Source of the DNA: Bacteroidales bacterium
GTDB lineage: Bacteria; Bacteroidota; Bacteroidia; Bacteroidales; UBA3663
Reading direction: 5' to 3'
DNA length: 53,251 nt
NCBI GenBank assembly: GCA_017632695.1
Contig: JAGBQS010000301.1
Coordinates: forward strand, 1-53,251
In this document: in pieces, positions 28,298-36,439 of the stretch
Layout of the letters: every line of letters begins with the position of its first letter
How positions within the stretch are numbered: position 1 is the first letter of the stretch
Position numbers and translations under genes: made by a program
Notes under the pieces: generated by a model
The model's database searches: none
Seen by the model: only the letters and a program-made list of their open reading frames with translations
Told to the model about the DNA's origin: nothing

Positions 28298-29353
28298 ATG
28301 AATAAGAAAAGCAAAAAGAGTAAAAAGAGCAAAAAAACTAATTGGCTGGTATGGGTGATTGTCCTGATTGCCTGCTTGGCGTTTGCAGCTGGCAGAGGGT
28401 GGGACAGTATCCGGTTGAATGACTTGTTGCCACAACCAGAACCGGACGTGGAGCAGTCAACCTATAAGACTCAGAAGAGTCCGGCTAAAGCCAAGGCTAA
28501 GAAGAAAGCCGCTCAAAAGTCAGCCAAAACCGATGCTAAGAAAGATGCCCAGACGAACGGCAAATCGGGAAACAGGACTGCTGCAGGTATTTCGGCTGAA
28601 GGTCTGGAGATTCCCCTGATGGCACCTTCGCAACCCCATCAACTCTTGTCGAGACTGGCCTATACGACATCTTACAACAATCAGACCTGCTGTCCGAACT
28701 GGGTAGGCTGGCACCTGACTGCCGAACATACTGACGGACCTTATACGCGTGACGGTGTACCTTATTACGATGAAGATCTGTCGGCTTACGGTATCGGAAA
28801 GATTACGACGAAGATACATCGCAACGGATTCTTTGTGGATCGTGAAGCAGTGGAACCCCGTCAGGAACTGGACGATTGGAGCGAAGCGAGAGGTTTGACG
28901 CTGGATCGTGGACACATGTGCCCGGCAGGCGACAACAAATGGGACAAGATCGCTCAGAACCAGTCCTTCTTACTGACAAATATGTGTCCGCAGACTCATA
29001 AACTGAATGCCGGAGGCTGGAAAACACTGGAAGAAAAATGTCGGAAGTGGGCGCAAAAATATGGTGATATCTATATAGTGGCCGGTCCGCTGTTCGATGC
29101 CGAAGGCGGTGAATCGTTAGCCAACGGCAAACTGAGGATTCCCGACGGATTCTTCAAGGTGGTGTTGTGTACTTCGGGCGAACCCAAAGCGTTGGGTTTC
29201 CTGTACCGTAATGATAAGTCCGACCAGCCGATGAAGGACTGCGTCTGCCCGGTAGATGAGGTAGAAAAAATCACCGGCTTCGATTTCTTTTATTCCCTGC
29301 CCGATGAGGTTGAGAACAGAATCGAAGCCAGTGCTGATCTGAAGGAGTGGTGA
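28298..29353 (+). CDS. Membrane-anchored DNA/RNA non-specific endonuclease (Serratia NucA / EndoG family)
   Basis: Catalytic DRGHMCPAGDN and NMCPQ...LN motifs. The N-terminus has a KKSKKSKKSKK tail plus a TM helix and a Lys/Ala-rich linker. Confidence 0.9.
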   Translation: MNKKSKKSKKSKKTNWLVWVIVLIACLAFAAGRGWDSIRLNDLLPQPEPDVEQSTYKTQKSPAKAKAKKKAAQKSAKTDAKKDAQTNGKSGNRTAAGISAEGLEIPLMAPSQPHQLLSRLAYTTSYNNQTCCPNWVGWHLTAEHTDGPYTRDGVPYYDEDLSAYGIGKITTKIHRNGFFVDREAVEPRQELDDWSEARGLTLDRGHMCPAGDNKWDKIAQNQSFLLTNMCPQTHKLNAGGWKTLEEKCRKWAQKYGDIYIVAGPLFDAEGGESLANGKLRIPDGFFKVVLCTSGEPKALGFLYRNDKSDQPMKDCVCPVDEVEKITGFDFFYSLPDEVENRIEASADLKEW

Positions 29354-29382
29354 ATCATCAATTATTCCGCTAATTGATGATT
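29353..29382 (+). terminator. AT-rich hairpin immediately after the nuclease stop codon (possible terminator)
   Basis: AATCATCAATTA / TAATTGATGATT perfect 12-bp stem with a 6-nt loop. The U-tract is weak (AGTTATT). Confidence 0.4.
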
Positions 29383-29469
29383 AGTTATTAGACCCTCTCG
29401 GTTCCCTTTAAGGAGGACTTCCCCAAGCGGGAAGGTCTTAACCTAAGTGTAATATGTAATTCATGCGAA

Positions 29470-30168
29470 TTACATCAAATACTGAATGACCCGGGCATTG
29501 GCTTCGGCCACAGCACGGCTTGCCATGGCCAGGTTACGGCTGAACTCCTCGTAGGTTTCAGCACCGCTGTCGCAAAGATCGGTAACCGACTTGATAAGCA
29601 GCACCGGTATCTGATACAAGGAGCAGACAAAGGCTACGGCAGCGCCTTCCATGTCTTTCAACTCACCTTTGTTTTCTTCAATAATCTGCGCATCGCACGG
29701 CTGAAGATCGAGCGACGAGCCTGTTGTTACCTTACCCATCTTGTATCCAAGTGCCTGAGCAATCTCGGCAGCCCGATCGAAAACCGGATAATTGCCCAAT
29801 GCCTGTGTGCCCCAGGCATCATCACCTGGCACGCGCCGGTCGTGGAACATGACTGCATTCGAAAGATATACATCGCCGATTTCGGCCCCGTTCTTGCGGA
29901 AAGCTCCGCAGGTTCCGGAGTTGATGATCAGATCGGGTTGCAGCCGCTGTATGGCAGCCATGGTTGCGACACAGGCTGCTTCGCAACCAACCAGATCCGA
30001 ACCGTGCTGCTGTCCGTTAAGAACAACATCAAGTTCGCTGCCGTTTACGTTGGCTCTGTACAACCGGCAGGGCAGGGGAGCAAAGAAGTCTTTCTCTTCG
30101 GCTACCCCGAACCGGTCGATGAAGGGCTGGGCTTCGGCCTGCATGGCCACTACAAAACAAATCTTCAT
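29470..30168 (-). CDS. 5'-methylthioadenosine/S-adenosylhomocysteine nucleosidase family (PNP_UDP_1 fold)
   Basis: 232 aa. Contains the MKICFVVAMQAEAQPF opening, SGTCGA, and the DMEGAAVAF motif typical of MTA/SAH nucleosidases. Confidence 0.75.
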   Translation of the reverse strand: MKICFVVAMQAEAQPFIDRFGVAEEKDFFAPLPCRLYRANVNGSELDVVLNGQQHGSDLVGCEAACVATMAAIQRLQPDLIINSGTCGAFRKNGAEIGDVYLSNAVMFHDRRVPGDDAWGTQALGNYPVFDRAAEIAQALGYKMGKVTTGSSLDLQPCDAQIIEENKGELKDMEGAAVAFVCSLYQIPVLLIKSVTDLCDSGAETYEEFSRNLAMASRAVAEANARVIQYLM

Positions 30169-30173
30169 ACTTT

Positions 30174-31208
30174 TTATTTTTTAGACAAAGCGACTTTGAT
30201 AGCTTCTTCGATGGCTTTACCACGCAGCCCGCGGTTCAGAATGGTTCCGTCGGGGGCAATGAGCATAATGTGTGGGATGCCGGTAATGCCATACTCTGTG
30301 GTAGGTGAATTCTCGCGGCCGCCGGCAAAGATGACAGGCCAGCTGACTTGCAATTCAGACATCATCTTTTGTGTGCACTGGATGCTGTCTTCCCATACGG
30401 CAATACCAACGGTGGTCACCTTATCCTTATACTGAGGAGCATACTTGGTGAGGTAGTTGGTTATTTCGTGACGGCATGGACCGCACCACGATGCCCAGAA
30501 ATCAACCAGCACAGGTTTGCCTTTTGCCAGATAGTCAGAAAGACGGATCTCTTTGCCGGTTTGGGTGTCGATGCCGGCAAAGTCAACATACTGCTTGCCT
30601 TCGGCAGTAGCCTCGGACTTTGCCTTCGAAGCGGCCAGATGCTGCAAACGGGGGCTGTTGCGGTAGAGGTCGCAGATAGCCATTACGCTGTCAAGCTGTT
30701 CTTTGGTGTATTCGTGAGCCACACTTTCAACAATCATCAGACCCAATACGTCTCCCTGATGACGGGTGCCAAATTCGGCAAGGCCGGCATCATAGACCCT
30801 GTAGAGGCTGTCGATATTTGCGTTCTCCTGTGTATGCATCATTTTGACAAGCAGATTCATCTCGGTAGTGAAAGCAGCAAAGTCATCGTTCAGCGGCGTA
30901 CCAGTAGCGTTTTTTGTTTCCATATCGACATTTATGTCACCGGGTTCGAGGACCAACTCAATGATATCTTCTCCGATGTGGAGAAGTGCCATGCGCGTAC
31001 TGTCGGCAATGCCTTTGATACAGAAGGATTCGGCGTTAATGATTGCTGAAGCAATGGTATCTCCACCGCGACGGTTTTCGGTAAGAACCACTTCGGTATT
31101 GTCGGCTACTTGGGCGGTTCCCTGAATGGTGTAGGCGTTGGGATTGACTTTTTCGGAGCAGCTAACCAGAGTTGCAGCCGAAACGAGTGCGAAAAGAAGT
31201 TTTTTCAT
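30174..31208 (-). CDS. TlpA-family thiol:disulfide oxidoreductase (thioredoxin fold, DUF4369-like N-terminal domain)
   Basis: 344 aa. It has a lipoprotein signal (LVSC), a VLVDFWASWCGPC active site, and GIPHIMLIAPDG. It ends 5 nt upstream of the nucleosidase gene. Confidence 0.85.
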   Translation of the reverse strand: MKKLLFALVSAATLVSCSEKVNPNAYTIQGTAQVADNTEVVLTENRRGGDTIASAIINAESFCIKGIADSTRMALLHIGEDIIELVLEPGDINVDMETKNATGTPLNDDFAAFTTEMNLLVKMMHTQENANIDSLYRVYDAGLAEFGTRHQGDVLGLMIVESVAHEYTKEQLDSVMAICDLYRNSPRLQHLAASKAKSEATAEGKQYVDFAGIDTQTGKEIRLSDYLAKGKPVLVDFWASWCGPCRHEITNYLTKYAPQYKDKVTTVGIAVWEDSIQCTQKMMSELQVSWPVIFAGGRENSPTTEYGITGIPHIMLIAPDGTILNRGLRGKAIEEAIKVALSKK

Positions 31209-31280
31209 TGTTCTAAAAGTTTTTAGTTATATCGGTATAACGGAATAGCGATATAGGTATATTAAATTAAATATCGGGCG

Positions 31281-31288
31281 CAAATTTA
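31281..31288 (-). promoter_or_regulatory. -7 promoter motif (TAAATTTG on the minus strand) for the tlpA-like operon
   Basis: The plus strand reads CAAATTTA, 73 nt upstream of the ATG at 31208. Confidence 0.45.
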
Positions 31289-31350
31289 CGAACATCCGGT
31301 AAATTATGCAAATTTTGAATGGGTTTTTTTGCTTTTTGAATAATTATTCG

Positions 31351-31382
31351 TATTTTTGCGCGTTCTTGGTGCAGTATTTTTG
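31351..31382 (+). promoter_or_regulatory. Two tandem TATTTTTG -7 motifs (31351-31358 and 31375-31382) upstream of the serpin gene
   Basis: Both are exact TAnnTTTG matches, 24 nt apart. The serpin ATG is at 31425. Confidence 0.45.
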
Positions 31383-31424
31383 CCAATGCTTCATTTTATG
31401 GACAGATTTTAATCCTTTTTTGTT

Positions 31425-32708
31425 ATGAAGAAAAATATCTTGATTCTGATTACCTTGTTGAGCCCGCTCTTTATGGCAGGCTGTTCTGAAAACGATGCGG
31501 AAAGCCAGATTGAAATCCCGTCATCCGAGGACCCGATTGAGTTGGAGATGTTCACTCTGACTTCTGAGGAAGAGCAGGTCAATACCCAGACGCTCGATTT
31601 CTCGTTCCGAATCTTCCAGCACGTATGTGCCAACGATGATTCGAAGAACGTGGTACTTTCTCCCCTGAGCGCCGAGATGCTACTGGCGTTGGTGTGCAAC
31701 GGAGCTTCGGACGAAACCCGTCAGCAGATGTTGCAGGTGTTGGGCTTCGAGGGCCTTGACATCGATGTACTGAACCGGTATAACAGGCTGTTGCTCGACA
31801 AGCTGCCCAACATCGACAATACCACCACACTGTCACTTGCCAACGGTTTGTGGGCACGACAGGATTTCCCTTTCCTGCCGGTGTATATGGAAACGATGGA
31901 CTCGGTTTACGATGCTTCGGTCAAAAATATGGATTTTAATTATCCGGATGCGGTGTGCAGCGAAATCAACCATTGGTGCAGCGATCATACCAACGGATGT
32001 ATTCCTAAAGTACTCGACAGCCTGTCACCCGATGCCGTGCTGATACTTGCCAATGCTCTGTATTTTAAGGGAACATGGGCCGAACCTTTCGATGAATCGG
32101 CAACCAGAGAACAGGACTTTACAACGCCGGCAGGTGGCAAGAAGAAAGTTATGATGATGAACGATTGTTCGACGATGCCGTATTTCAAAAATGAAGACTT
32201 CGGCGCAGTGACTCGTTCCTATGGTAACGGAGCATTCCAGATGTGGCTTCTGTTGCCTCATCAGGGGAAGGATATCAATGAATGCGTGGCCCGTTTGGAT
32301 GACAATGCCTGGTATAGCCTGCTACACGATGGCAATCAGGGTCGGTACGAAGTTAACCTGAAGATGCCGCGTTTTACGGTTGAATATAACCGGACGCTGA
32401 CCGATGACTTGCAGCAGATGGGTATGACAATGCCTTTCAGTAAAAGTCGGGCACAGTTCTCGTTTATGACCAGCAAACAGGTTTATCTGGATTTTGTGAA
32501 GCAGTTTACCTATATTAAAGTTGAGGAAAAAGGAACCGAGGCCGCTGCTGTAACCATAGGTGGACTTAACGAAGCAACCAGTGTCGGTTCGGAACCGCAG
32601 CCGCTCGATTTCTTCCTGGACCGTCCGTTCCTGTTCCTGATTACCGAATACAATACCGGCTCTATTCTGTTTGCCGGCAAGATTACTGATCCTTCGGCTG
32701 CTTCCTGA
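31425..32708 (+). CDS. Serpin-family protease inhibitor, lipoprotein
   Basis: 427 aa. It has a lipobox (FMAGC), serpin core motifs (SPLS, NALYFKGTWAEPF), the hinge EEKGTEAAAVT, and a DRPFLFLI s1C/s4B region. Confidence 0.9.
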   Translation: MKKNILILITLLSPLFMAGCSENDAESQIEIPSSEDPIELEMFTLTSEEEQVNTQTLDFSFRIFQHVCANDDSKNVVLSPLSAEMLLALVCNGASDETRQQMLQVLGFEGLDIDVLNRYNRLLLDKLPNIDNTTTLSLANGLWARQDFPFLPVYMETMDSVYDASVKNMDFNYPDAVCSEINHWCSDHTNGCIPKVLDSLSPDAVLILANALYFKGTWAEPFDESATREQDFTTPAGGKKKVMMMNDCSTMPYFKNEDFGAVTRSYGNGAFQMWLLLPHQGKDINECVARLDDNAWYSLLHDGNQGRYEVNLKMPRFTVEYNRTLTDDLQQMGMTMPFSKSRAQFSFMTSKQVYLDFVKQFTYIKVEEKGTEAAAVTIGGLNEATSVGSEPQPLDFFLDRPFLFLITEYNTGSILFAGKITDPSAAS

Positions 32709-35700
32709 CGTAGTCGGAGGGCGCTGCACCGAACTGCTGCTTAAAGCAGCGGCTGAAGTAGAGGGGATCGTTGATGCCGACCTCAAAGGCAACGGCCGAA
32801 ACCGACATATCGGTTGATTGCAGCAGTATGGCAGCCCGTTTGAGACGTCGTATGCGAAGGTATTCCTTCGGCGTATAGCCAGTCACACCCTTAACCTTAC
32901 GGAAGAAGATGGTGCGTCCCAGATTCATTTGGGACGCAAAATCGTCGGCTGAGAAGTCGGAATTCGACATCTCTTTGTCGATGATGGCATCCAGCCGGTC
33001 GATGAATTCGCGATCCTGACGTGTGGTAATTAACGGAACTGTATGTATGGCGTTTTCGGAACTGAAACGTTCGCGTAACCGGTTCCGCTGGTTCATCAGA
33101 TTGATGAGCGTAGCTAACAGCAGACGTGTACTGAAAGGTTTGGTAAGGTATGCGTCGACGCCGGCTGTCAGACCTTCAATCTTGCTGGTGGTGCTGTCGA
33201 GAGCCGTAAGGGCTACAATCGGAATGTGGCTCGTATTGAAATTTTCCCGCAGCTGCCTGATAACCTCCATACCAGAAATCCCTGGCATCATAATATCAGT
33301 TACTACAAGATCATAGCCGGTTTCGTCGGTTTCGACCATTTTCAGACCTTCTTCGCCGTTAGAAGCACTCTGTACCTTGAAATAGTGTGAGAGTTCGTGT
33401 ACTACGTATTCGCGTAAATCGTCGTTGTCCTCAATAACCAGAATCTGCTGAGCATTGGCAGGAGTGTCCAGTTCCGGTAACGGAGCGTATGAATGTTCTT
33501 CTTTCAGGACAACATCGGTTTTCAGATAATCTTCTTCCGAATAGTTTTCTTGCGTGAGTGGCAGAATCACCTTAAAGATGGAACCGCCTTCGGGATTGGG
33601 CTCGTACAGAATGTCGCCGTGGTGAATCTCGACTAACGCGGCACACAGACTCAGTCCTATACCCATACTTCCGCTCAGATATTTGCTGCGATTGTAGCGT
33701 TCGAACAGATGCTTGCGCTGATCTTCGGGAATGCCGATGCCCGAGTCAGTGATGCAAATCTCCAGTTGGTTGGCAGGATCTGGCAAAGCTCTTACTGTCA
33801 GTCGGATGTATCCTCCTTCAGGTGTGTATTTGATGGAGTTCGAAAGCAGATTGTAGAGTACCTTGTCGATACAGGAACGGTCGAAGAATCCCTGTAAGGA
33901 ATCAGGCTGGCACTCCAGTTCGTAGTGAAGTTTTTTCTGTTGTACAATATCGGAGAACGACGAGAAGAGTTGCCGGATGAAATCCATGATGTCCATCTGT
34001 TCGAGTCGTAGACTCATGACCTGATTCTCCATGCGGCGGAACTCCAGCAGCTGATTAACCAGATGCATCAGACGGTCGGAATTGCGGTCGACGAGGCTAA
34101 TTGGTTGTTTGAGCTGCTCAGGCAATAGCCCGCTTTCGCGGATGCGTTCCAGTCCGCCGCGTATCAGCGTGAGCGGGGTACGGAATTCGTGACTTACATT
34201 AGTGAAGAAATTCAGTTTCGCCTCGTTGAGTTCTGCTTCCATGCGCAGATGTTGCCGAAGCTTGATGCGGGCACGAGTCCAGGCATGAATGGCAACAAAT
34301 ATCAGCAGTATTAGAAGTACCCATAGGGAAATGGCCCACCAGCGCAAGTACCACGGCCATGCAATGTCGAATGAGGCGTCAAGCGGTTCGCTCCACACTC
34401 CGGCTTCGTTTACGGCACGAGCCAACAGTTTGTAATGGCCAGGACGTTGCTGCACCAATATGAAATGATTGATGTTCGAAGGAGGTGTCCAGGGGTTGTC
34501 ATTCAGTTGGTAGCTGTAGCGTATGGAGTTGGGACGAATGCCGAAATCGAAGGTTGTCAGTATGAGGTGCATGTTTTGTCCCTCGATGTTCTGCGAAATA
34601 CGATATAGGGTAGGAGCCTGCATCTGACGGTCTTTCAATTCTTCGCTGTCGATGATAACGGCTCCCCAACATCCTCCGAATACAATGCGTCCGTCGGGTA
34701 ATGCGGCAGCTTCTCCTTCGTTAAAGATGTTGCCAGCCATTGTGTGCGACGGTAAGTAGTTTTGAGTCATGCTCATGATTGATGGATCAAAGCAGGAGAT
34801 ACCCATTTCGGTAGCCATCCAGATGCAGCTGTCGGGATCTTCCATAAAACTTTGAACCATGTCATTGCACAGACCCTGGCCGATACTGTAGTGCGAGAGC
34901 TTCAGATGTGAATACCCATCAATGGAATCGGGAACAGCAACTGTTGCAAAACCTTTGCCCAGTTCGGAAAAGTAAACATCCCCACGGCTCGAAAGGTAGA
35001 TGTTACGGACCTCGTTTGATAGAAGCTGTCTGCTTTCAGCGGTCAGATGGATGACGTCTGTTCCTTCCTGGTCGAGTGTTTCCGGATTGAAGATATATAC
35101 ACCATAGCTTGTAGCCGCCCACATCCATCCGTTGGTGTCTTGAACAAGTGCCCGAACGCGTCGGCTGCCAAAGTCAGTACAGAAAAAGCGCTCGAATCTC
35201 AGGGGCGTCTTGGGATCGGCAGGCAATACGGCTTTTGACAGGCCTCCGCCAAAAGTGCCTACCCATAGCACATCCTGTCCGGCAGCATTTTTATTGAACA
35301 GCAGACAATAGATATCGTTCGAACTGATTGAGGTTGAATCGGAGTGGTCGAAGCGCAGATATTTGCCGTTGTGCCATAAGCCGGAACCACGGGTTCCCAT
35401 CCAAAGAGAGTGGTCAGGACCATTCTGAATGCAGTATACCGGATCGGTCATTTGCATCAATGGTTTTAGGGGTGTCCGGCCTTCTTCGGACGTATAAACC
35501 ATCCTATGCCGGTTGGCAATCAGTAATTGATTGGTGTAAGGGTCGTAATGAACAGCACGAATCGTATTGGTTCCGCTCATGCCTTCGTTATCTTTTTCCT
35601 GTGGGACCAGATAACTGAAATCGGGCATAGGCTCCATGTTGAGCTGGCCGACACCCAGCATCTCGTAGCCTAACCAGATATTACCTTTGTTGTCTTCGGC

Positions 35701-36438
35701 TACACAGAGGATGTTGTCGGACATGATGGGCGAAGACGGATCGCCGTTCTCGCTGACAAAGTGCTCCAGCGAACGGATTTGCGGATCGTAGAGGAAGAAG
35801 CCGTTGCCGTTGGTAGTAACAGCTATCAGTCCATCTCGGAGGTGACAGACCCTGAAGATATAAGAACGGCTCATGGCAATACGTTCATTGATGACGCCGG
35901 GCAAGATGTGCTCAATACCGTTGGCGGTCGTATAGAGCAGTTCGCCGTTGTTGCCAATGCGCCAAAGACCACCTTTTTCATCACGTATTTTAGTCGCTTT
36001 CGGATCAAAAGTTGCGGGATTGCGCATGGCCAGCTGCTGAAGACTGTCGCTCATGCCTGTCAGATTATCGTTGCGTACGGTGTGCCCCCGCTTGCGGTCG
36101 AAACAATAGACATTACCTCGAACGGTCTGAACTATCAGCCGATGTTTTTCGTCTTCGTATACAGATCGGATAATCGGGTCGGTAAGACCGGCTTCTGCTC
36201 CATAGTTGCGGAAATCATAGCCATCGTAGCATGATATGCCGTTGTTGGTGCAGAACCATAGGTATCCGTCGGAGTCCTGAATGATTTTCCGGACAGTGTT
36301 GGATGCCAGTCCGTCGGCTGTGGTGAAGTGCCGGCTTTGCAGCACATGGGATGCCTGAGCCAATGGGCTCAGACCTGTCAGTGCCATTCCTGTCAGGAAA
36401 ATTATAAAGAGTTTTTTGAAACAAAGGAGTTTTTCCAT
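32683..36438 (-). CDS. Hybrid two-component system protein (HTCS): periplasmic beta-propeller/Y_Y_Y sensor + HisKA + HATPase + receiver + AraC-type HTH
   Basis: 1251 aa. It has Reg_prop-like repeats (GLWHNGKY, WVGTFGGGL), a TM helix (WWAISLWVLLILLIFVAIHAW), an H-box (FTNVSHEFRTPLTLI), a receiver (ILVIEDNDDLREY...DLVVTDIMMPGISG), and a C-terminal AraC HTH (INDPLYFSRCFKQQFG). Confidence 0.92.
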   Translation of the reverse strand: MEKLLCFKKLFIIFLTGMALTGLSPLAQASHVLQSRHFTTADGLASNTVRKIIQDSDGYLWFCTNNGISCYDGYDFRNYGAEAGLTDPIIRSVYEDEKHRLIVQTVRGNVYCFDRKRGHTVRNDNLTGMSDSLQQLAMRNPATFDPKATKIRDEKGGLWRIGNNGELLYTTANGIEHILPGVINERIAMSRSYIFRVCHLRDGLIAVTTNGNGFFLYDPQIRSLEHFVSENGDPSSPIMSDNILCVAEDNKGNIWLGYEMLGVGQLNMEPMPDFSYLVPQEKDNEGMSGTNTIRAVHYDPYTNQLLIANRHRMVYTSEEGRTPLKPLMQMTDPVYCIQNGPDHSLWMGTRGSGLWHNGKYLRFDHSDSTSISSNDIYCLLFNKNAAGQDVLWVGTFGGGLSKAVLPADPKTPLRFERFFCTDFGSRRVRALVQDTNGWMWAATSYGVYIFNPETLDQEGTDVIHLTAESRQLLSNEVRNIYLSSRGDVYFSELGKGFATVAVPDSIDGYSHLKLSHYSIGQGLCNDMVQSFMEDPDSCIWMATEMGISCFDPSIMSMTQNYLPSHTMAGNIFNEGEAAALPDGRIVFGGCWGAVIIDSEELKDRQMQAPTLYRISQNIEGQNMHLILTTFDFGIRPNSIRYSYQLNDNPWTPPSNINHFILVQQRPGHYKLLARAVNEAGVWSEPLDASFDIAWPWYLRWWAISLWVLLILLIFVAIHAWTRARIKLRQHLRMEAELNEAKLNFFTNVSHEFRTPLTLIRGGLERIRESGLLPEQLKQPISLVDRNSDRLMHLVNQLLEFRRMENQVMSLRLEQMDIMDFIRQLFSSFSDIVQQKKLHYELECQPDSLQGFFDRSCIDKVLYNLLSNSIKYTPEGGYIRLTVRALPDPANQLEICITDSGIGIPEDQRKHLFERYNRSKYLSGSMGIGLSLCAALVEIHHGDILYEPNPEGGSIFKVILPLTQENYSEEDYLKTDVVLKEEHSYAPLPELDTPANAQQILVIEDNDDLREYVVHELSHYFKVQSASNGEEGLKMVETDETGYDLVVTDIMMPGISGMEVIRQLRENFNTSHIPIVALTALDSTTSKIEGLTAGVDAYLTKPFSTRLLLATLINLMNQRNRLRERFSSENAIHTVPLITTRQDREFIDRLDAIIDKEMSNSDFSADDFASQMNLGRTIFFRKVKGVTGYTPKEYLRIRRLKRAAILLQSTDMSVSAVAFEVGINDPLYFSRCFKQQFGAAPSDYVRKQPKDQ

Positions 36439-36439
36439 G

